Below, piece after piece: positions 57,462 to 64,000 of a stretch of DNA of 64,000 nucleotides. Source of the stretch: Amoebophrya sp. A120. Lineage: Eukaryota; Protista; Dinoflagellata. Under the pieces are notes generated by a model. It was not told where the DNA came from. It made no database searches and saw nothing but the letters and a program-made list of their open reading frames with translations. Numbering within the stretch: the stretch's first letter is position 1; each line of letters opens with the position of its first letter. The stretch lies in the NCBI GenBank assembly GCA_905178155.1, contig CAJINV010000005.1:5665379-5729378 (forward strand), read 5' to 3'. A program made the translations under genes and the position numbers.

Positions 57462-59310
57462 CACCCTTGTGCTTTATTCCATCCACTTCGCAGTCACATG
57501 CCGGGCATATCTGCGTGTTGTGGATGTAGAAGATGCCTTGGTGGCAGTACATCTCGTCTTTCTGCGCCTTGCGTAGCACCGCCGCGGGTTTCCCCTTGTT
57601 CGGGATTAGTGCTCCCGCTTTGTGTTTCTTCTGCACCACCGGCTGTTTCGGAGGCTGCTTTACTGCCGGTTTTTTCTCCTGCCCCGCGGCGTTGTCGTCC
57701 TCTTTCTGAACCAGGTTTCTGTAAGCAGGTGGGAATGCTCCCGGCGCTTTTACCCGCGGTTTCACGTCCAGCAGCTTCTTTTCCAGCGCCGTTCGCGGGT
57801 CCGGCCCCGGCTTCGGTGCGAGGAGCTTGCTTTTCTTGTTTGGCGGTGACAGCGTCTCCATGTCCTCCGCTGTCAAGTCCGTTTTTTGTGCCACCTGCTT
57901 TTTCATCTCCCGTAGCCTCTTCGTTATGCCCGGGCACTGCTCCTCCAGTTCGGAGTCGTTTTCCGTAAGGCAGTCATCGATGCTGTTTTTTAGCAGTGGC
58001 GCCACGTTACGGCTGTAGAGGTGCCCCTTGGGCGGTCGTTCGTCGCCTTGCAGCGCGTACGGCCTGATGGACGAGAGCACCGGGCAGACAGCATCTGGAA
58101 TGCTATCTTTCCACTTTTCGTAGTCGGCGCAGTAGCGGTTGTACGTGGCTAATTTTGTCCATCCGCGATCCATCATCCAGCTTGTCAAGTCGAATCTTGC
58201 GGCGTCGCTGGTCATCGCCCATCTGGCGTACAACGCCGCCGCCCTGCGTGGCGACTGCTGCGTCCAGCCGAGCCGACGCAGCAACGCGCGGCTTTCCGAT
58301 GCTCTCGTGATTGTCTCGCTGCCGTTTCCCCACATTTGTTTCGCGATCGGCAGGTCCAGTCGCGCGTGTTCCGGGTTGTGCAGGAGGCACCAGGTGCGGT
58401 TGATCTGCTGTTTCTCCCCTGGCGGTCGCACCGCCAGGCCTCCGCCGAGGTGAGGTGGTTTTTGTAGTGGCACTGCATCGTGCAGCACCATCCGCTCCCC
58501 GGTCTGCATGAAGCAGTTGCATCCGATCATGATGTCCCTGCCCTGGAATTTTCGCACTTTATCTTTGCCGACCGTCACGCAGAGGACTTCCTGGCCGTTG
58601 TGGACGCGGCGTTTCACGTCCTCCTCGTGTATCTCGTAGATGCTGCTGAAGCGCAGTCCGGTTTGGAGTGCGAAGCACATCTGCGCGAACTGGTTCGGAT
58701 ACAGCAGCTGCGTGACTGCCGGTCGCAGAATTGCTGGTTTGGCTTTGTGCGCTTCATCGCACGTCGCCGCGCGCTGCACGTCCCGCCGTGCAGCCACCAG
58801 CGCCAGCATCTCGTATCCCCACGCCGGCGCGAGGACGTGCCGCGTACTGCCATCCGGTCCTTTCGGGGGTCGGATGCACCGCAGTATCACCTGTCCCAGT
58901 ATGCCGCTCGGGTCCTTCTGCCCCGACCTGGCGAGTGTGAGGCCGTACAACCTCAAGTGTTCCACTTCGATCGCACCCGGGTATACCGGCGGGAATCTCT
59001 TTGCACACCATGCTAGGAACTGGTGGTAGTATTGTTCCCGTTTTTGTAGTGTTCCCGCGGCGTTGGCCAGCAGCCCCAGCTGGTAATCCTCCTCCTGCTG
59101 CAGTTCCATCGCCGCCTGGGCCTGTAGCAGGCCGGAGTACATCCCCGCCATGGTGGTCGCTGCTTGGTGCCCCACCGCGTACGTGGTTAGGAAGCCGGCT
59201 GCTACCACTGCTACGTTCCTCGTCGCCGTCGGTCCCGCTCGTTGGCCCGCTAGCACCACGAGGAGTAACGCAAACGCATGTACGACGTGACCTAGCATTT
59301 CATCTTGCAC
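57462..59310 (-). CDS. Tyrosine recombinase (3' end runs into the gap)
   Basis: LQTGLRFSS (catalytic R), KDK (K), QSPRR (HxxR variant), RGW...YNRY (catalytic Y). Confidence 0.85.
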
Positions 59311-59945
59311 GCAGCATCAACGATACGACAAGCCGCACAGCGCAGAACCAGAAGCATTCTCTCTCCGCTCTCTGTTCTGTTCTTCATGTCATATCCGCGT
59401 TGCATGCGTTTGGTAACAGCCCTACTCGTCTGGACCATTTCGGCGACTCTTCGGGTGGGTTTACGTGCGCGCGCACGCCCTTTTTTTTGATACGTTTTCC
59501 GTTCCGCGAACATCAGCTTGCACCTCACATTTTTATACTCACTACTCTAGACGCGGTTCCGGACCAGCATGCCTTCCTTCTTTTTTCGTTTTTCAAATAG
59601 CATGCTATTTCCTTTTCTTTTTTACACATTAGAAATTCCATAGTGCCCGTGGGGCTTTTCCTTTTCCATCTACCTGCGAACCGCAACAGCAGCTCAAGAG
59701 TAGTAATTTTTAAAAATTTTTTGATGTTTTCCTCCAACTCCTCTTCATCGATTCCCCGGTGAATCACTCGCTTTTTGGGGAGTCAAGCTCGACCCTACAG
59801 CGGAGTTTAGTTGTTATTTCGTTGTTGTCGTCCTGCTGTTTTGTATTATTTGTTGCTCTCTAACCCTGTAGTTGCCTACAGGAGGTCGTTTTGCAGCTAA
59901 TTGTTGTTTTTCCTCGTTTTCGTCAGCTGCTGTTCCCTTCGTTAT

Positions 59946-62900
59946 TTAGTTGTTTCCGCTCCGGCTCCCGGTGCTGTTCCTGCGGCCGGCACTGGGCGTG
60001 GGGTCGCGGAACTGCACTTTCTTTTCCTTGTTTTTCTTACCCGCTTTGTCCCCCATCCCGTCCGTCTGCCTGCAGTGCGACAGCAACACGTCTTTCCAGG
60101 TGACCTCGGTGCAGATCAGGTCTTCGAAGGGCGGGGAGCCTAAATCGCGGATGTTGTCCACGTGGTGGAAGCGGCACTTGCCTTCGCCCCGGTTGCAGGC
60201 ATTGCGTGCCGAATCGCGGCAGAAACAAGAGGGAGGCCCTTGGTTTGATAACCAGGCGTTTTGTACTGGGCACGGTTGTACATACCCTTGTCCGGTCACC
60301 GTCCAGAAGACGTATTTGTTCAGCTTGGTATCCCATTGACCGAGCACCTTGCACTTGGTGGCCAGCTTCCGCGAGTAGACCGGGTCTTGCTCGCTGGTGG
60401 GTCCCGCGCACAGGGCTTCCACAGCCGCTTTCGTGATGGGTTCCTTTCCAGCCAGCGCTTCCTTCTGGTCCTGGTACCCCTTCTGCGGCTGCGGGTTGAG
60501 CGTGATCTGCCCCTTGTTGGGCTTAGGCCGCTTGTCCGTTTTTCCGCGCTTCGATTCGTGGTTCACTTCCTCGCCCTGCTGCTGTCCCAGGGGGTGCAGT
60601 CCCATCTGCTGCTGCTGCTGCTGCAGGTAGTTCAGGCTATCCGGGTAGTTCGTTCCCCCCACCTGCGTGTGCGTATTGTTCTGGTTTCGCCCACCGCCAG
60701 CATGCGGATACAGCGGCAGCAATGTGTGGCCGCCCGCGGAAGTGTCGTTGTTGTTGTAGCGCTTGTTGGACTTGCGTCCAAAAGCCTGTTTCCGCTGTTC
60801 AATCATCTCGACGATCATGTGCAGACCGTGGATCAACTGCGTAGCCACTTTTGTGGTGTCCGGTTTTTGTTTCATGGTCTGCACGGCCGGCGAGTACCAC
60901 TGCGAGATCAGAATCTCCGGGCTCACCTTACACAGGTGTACCGCAACTGGCACTACGTGAAACACCATGTGCGGCATCGTGATCGCATTCATCCGGTGTT
61001 TCACTGGTTCTAACATTTCCGCGGCTTCCGCTGGTCCCGTACCGTCGAGGACAGCAATCGCGAGTTTCGCGATCTCCGCCGTGACCGGAAAACGCGCCGG
61101 GTCGCGCACAAAGGTTTCCGTGATGCACACTTCCATGTGCGTGTCCAGCGGGCTCTGGTCCACCTGCCGTTTGAGCTGTAACAGCGAGGCCACGTTGATT
61201 GCTGTTAGCAAATCCCTGTCGAAGTCCGGCGACACTCTCTCGAGTGTGCGTTTTTGCACTTCCAGCATCACCTGCAGGCACCCCGTGGTCTCGTGGGTCG
61301 TCAGCCCTTTGCCAGATTTCCAGCCTGCGATGCTGAAGCAGCTGACTACGTTGCCGTTCGGGTTGATCAGCGTGTTCTGCGGTTTCGGCAGCGGTGTTGA
61401 TGCGAGTTGGATGTCGCTCCACACCCCATTATCCCCCGCCAGCGCCATAGCAATGCGGGCGACCTCGCTTTGTTGTTCCGTACAGGTCTGGAGGAATTTG
61501 TGCATAAAGCAATTTGGCTGTTCGTGGATGTATTTCGAAATTTTTCGCAGCCTGGCAGCCCGATCGGTGTCGTCTTTGCAGCCTTGCAACGCGTTCGAGA
61601 TGCTCTGGCTGTACATTTTCGATTTCAAGTCGCTGGTGCGGCTTCCCCAGACCGGCTCGGCCCAGGCGCCCGGCGTGTTCACCCACGGCTTTTTCTTCCA
61701 CTCCGTCGTTGCTCCTTCGCGGATTCGCTGCGCCGGCGAAGCGCCGTCCTCATCTGGCATTTCGCCCTGCAAGTTCACCCATCCATAGAGCTCGAAGTAC
61801 ATCCACGGCGAGTGGGGGTTGTCTCCCCGCGCATTGAAGTGCTCCTCTTCGCCCGTTCGCCATGGTCCCTCTGGCTCCTTGGCGGAGCGGTAGTTGACCG
61901 TGTTCGTGGTTTTGTTGGCGGAAACTTCTTCACGCTCGGTTTTCACCGCGGCTAAAATTTCCTCTTTCTGCTGCCGCATGGCTCGTGTCAACTGCTGGAC
62001 GAAGTTCGGGACATTGACGTTTCCGTTGGCATCCCCCTGAAGGGCTTGGATGAGTGCGCCCATCCCGGCTTCATTTTCGCTCGCAGAAGATGCCGTTGCC
62101 TGTTTCACCTTTGTCATGTCAGATTGTTCCGGCGGCGGCGGCGGCACGCCCGCCGATCCCCCAGCAAAGGCGATTCCACTGCCCGCTGCTGCGGCGCTGG
62201 GGGCGATAACAATCGCGCTCTTGGTTGTGGTGCTGCTCTGCACCCCTGCGGTGGTCGTCGTGCCCACGAACAGCTGCTGTCCGTTTGGCACGATGGCAAA
62301 CGGGGAGGCCGTGTTCTCATTGTTCTGTTCGTCCGGCTGTGTAAAGCTGCCTCCGAGGCCCTGCTTTTCCGCCTCGGCGCCTGCGCTCACCTCCTGTTGT
62401 TCTTCTTCTTTTTCCCGTTCCAGCTGTTGTTCCTCCTCCAGCTTGCGTTGTTCCTCTCGGAGCTGTTCCACTTTGAGGCGGATTTCCTCTTTTTTGCGTT
62501 CGCGCTCAGCCTGCTGTTCCTGGCGCTGCAGTTTTTCTTCCTCCTCCAGTTTTTTCTTGCTTCTCCAGCGCGTCCTCCATTTCCTTTTTCACCATGGCCT
62601 CGTGTTCCTCCTGCGTCGGCAGCGTATCCAGCGTGGTGTCTCGCGGCAGGAGCAGTTTGTAGAGACCATGCTCATCCGGGTACATGTCATTGAGGCCTTT
62701 TTCCTCAGGGTCGGCTAGCGACCTGATCTTGTCCATGCCCTGATAGACCCGCTCTTTCAGCACGCGCTGCTCCATGTTGAAGCGTTCCCGTTCCTTTTCT
62801 TTTTCAACGCGGTCTTGTTCCTCTTTTTCCTTTCTGATGCGTTCTTCCTCCTTCCGCTGCGCTTCCACGGCGTCCGCATCAGCCATTTGCTCAAGCATCT

Positions 62901-63231
62901 GCCGCTTCGCCTCCAGCTCCGACATCTGCTCTTCCGCCTTCTTTTTCCCTTCCTCGAGCAGCGACTCCATGGACTGGAGGTTCGACTCCTTGAGGTTAAG
63001 GCTTTTCTCGCGCTCCTGGAGTTCTTTTTCCTTCAACTGCTGCAGTTCCTTCGCGCGCTTCGCTCGCAGTTTTTCCTTTTCCAACCGCGCGAAGTACTCC
63101 TCCATGCAGTCGTCTTCCTCGGAGTCGTTTTTGTCGTCTCCGAGGTCGCCGTCGTTTTTGTAGGTGAAGCACGCGCGGATGCGGACATCCCCTTCGTGGT
63201 TCGCCGTGAAGCAGATCGGCCCGTGGATCAA
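59946..63231 (-). CDS. Gag-like protein with coiled coil and CCCH zinc finger; one frameshift at about 62550
   Basis: The E/K/R coiled coil continues across the frameshift; CRDSARNACNRGEGKCRFHH near the C-terminus. Confidence 0.7.
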
Positions 63232-64000
63232 CGGGATCGGCCCCCAGTGTCATCAAAAGCAAAAAAATCATGACCCCCGCAAAAAAATTAAAAAAAAGCG
63301 GTGGCGCCCTGTTTTTCCTGCGCCCGGGGTAGTCTGGGGCGCTTTCTTCGTTCGCCTCTTGGCCCGAAGGGTCCCGGAGGTCGGCGGCTTCCTTGGGAGT
63401 TCTCCGGTCGTTGGTGTTTGGTTTTTTTTATGCGACAAAAAATCTCAAAAATCCGGCGCCTGAAAAAAGCAATGGGATTTTGCCTATATGAGAAAAAGAG
63501 CCTCGAATTAATCTTGCGACAAAAAATTTCGGGCAGTTTTCTCTTGGTTCAAATTCCCATTGGTTTTTACAGGGCCGGTTTTTATGCGACAAAAAATCCG
63601 GCTTCGGTATACCATGGGGGTGTCGACCCCCTGTCGACCCCCTGTCGCAAAATTAATTTTATTTTGCCCGTTTCTCATGTTTTGCTTGTGATTTTGGGTG
63701 GTCTGGTGTTTTTGTGCCTCGGGGTCGGCGTCCCCAAGTAAGACACCCAATTTTTATTTTTTGTCGCATCGGTGTCGCAAAATTAATTGTTTTTTGTCGC
63801 AAAATTAATTCCCGACTCTTTTTTCTTTATGGGGGTGGCAGGATATTTAGGTCGGGTCCACCCCGCAGCAGTGTGTGGACCGCAGGGCACACACCCCCAC
63901 AGGGCTCATTGGTGTGGAGTTCTAGCGGGGCGTGGCAGGCCATCCCATCTTTCTGGTGTTTGCGAATTCGTGTCCTGATTTCCTGACCACATTGAAAGGG

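Larger units (their letters stand above)
53700..63300 (-). mobile_element. Tyrosine-recombinase retrotransposon, gag-YR-RT/RNaseH order (boundaries approximate)
   Basis: Three co-oriented intronless ORFs with YR, RT and RNase H motifs; termini not resolved. Confidence 0.8.

Noticed and set aside
56248-59310. 1020-aa ORF and other X-filled ORFs spanning the gap
   Set aside because: They are artefacts of translating through 815 N.
1-64000. Genome-wide stop-codon reassignment
   Set aside because: Spliced genes and TE ORFs are open under the standard code. Apparent stops fall within introners, with one exception at 39180.

Overview
Eukaryotic nuclear DNA, most likely from a dinoflagellate-lineage parasite of the Amoebophrya/Syndiniales type. 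This is inferred from an exact dinoflagellate spliced leader and from genes packed with inverted-repeat non-canonical introns. Five + strand host genes are present: a WW-domain protein, an inositol polyphosphate 5-phosphatase, a triple-repeat membrane protein and two unknowns. There is also one - strand gene fragment. These genes are interrupted by about 38 MITE-like introner elements from about 14 families. Nearly all share TAT...ATA termini, 5-bp direct repeats and an internal GCAT(G/C/T)ACAAA motif, and removing the element plus one repeat restores the reading frame, including catalytic motifs. A 1.28-kb intergenic foldback element has the same termini. The standout is an intact RTE-like LINE (32492-38010). 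It begins with a perfect 22-nt DinoSL, ends in (CAAAT)4, is flanked by ATCTCACC duplications and carries an extra ORF downstream of the RT ORF behind a trans-splice-like acceptor. The right end holds a gag-YR-RT/RNaseH tyrosine-recombinase retrotransposon in VIPER-like order, with an 815-N gap. All coordinates were counted by eye and no searches were run.
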